A DNA stretch of 64,000 bases from Octopus vulgaris (lineage: Eukaryota): the NCBI GenBank assembly GCA_951406725.2, contig OX597839.1, forward strand, positions 34,658,001 to 34,722,000, in the 5' to 3' direction. The position numbers and the translations under genes were made by a program. Below the pieces are notes generated by a model. It ran no database searches. It worked only from the letters and a program-made list of their open reading frames with translations, and had not been told where the DNA came from. Below, piece after piece: positions 63,686-64,000 of the stretch. How positions within the stretch are numbered: the first letter of the stretch is position 1; each line of letters begins with the position of its first letter.

Positions 63686-64000
63686 TGTTATAGAAGTATA
63701 TGAAGGTTTATTTATAAGATTAAGTGGATGAAATCTGGGAAAATGAGAGATGGGATTAGATAGAGGGGCGAGACAGTGAAATATGAAAAATGCTGATAGA
63801 GAGAGAGAGAGAAAATATAGGACAAGTTATAGAGACGAAGGCAGTAAGGGACTGAGACTAAATTAGAAAGGATACGTCGAAGACTGGGGAGCGGGAGTAG
63901 GAAAATGAAGTTAGACGAGAGTCAAAGGAAGGAGACGGAGGGAAAGATACATAGGACTGATAGAGAAATAAACTGGAACGGGACATTGCATAAACAAACA

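Overview
Eukaryotic, AT-rich, repeat-saturated DNA. The SINE families, microsatellite load and LINE/DNA-transposon relics suggest a coleoid cephalopod, most likely Octopus (inference). The only well-supported protein-coding feature is a large first coding exon on the minus strand (55209..53972, phase-2 GT donor). It encodes the N-terminal phenylalanine-zipper domain of an SH2B/Lnk-family adaptor, whose two helices are separated by about 320 aa of low-complexity sequence. Most of 1..53971 is probably intronic to this gene; no PH or SH2 exon was recognised in the window. The rest consists of several tRNA-derived SINE families, CR1 and RTE LINE 3' fragments, mariner, piggyBac and hAT relics and MITEs, Penelope-like fragments carrying minimal hammerhead-ribozyme motifs, and very long microsatellites. 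Nearly all ORFs in the supplied track are microsatellite or SINE artefacts. Repeat coordinates were read by eye and are approximate unless a TSD or terminus is quoted.
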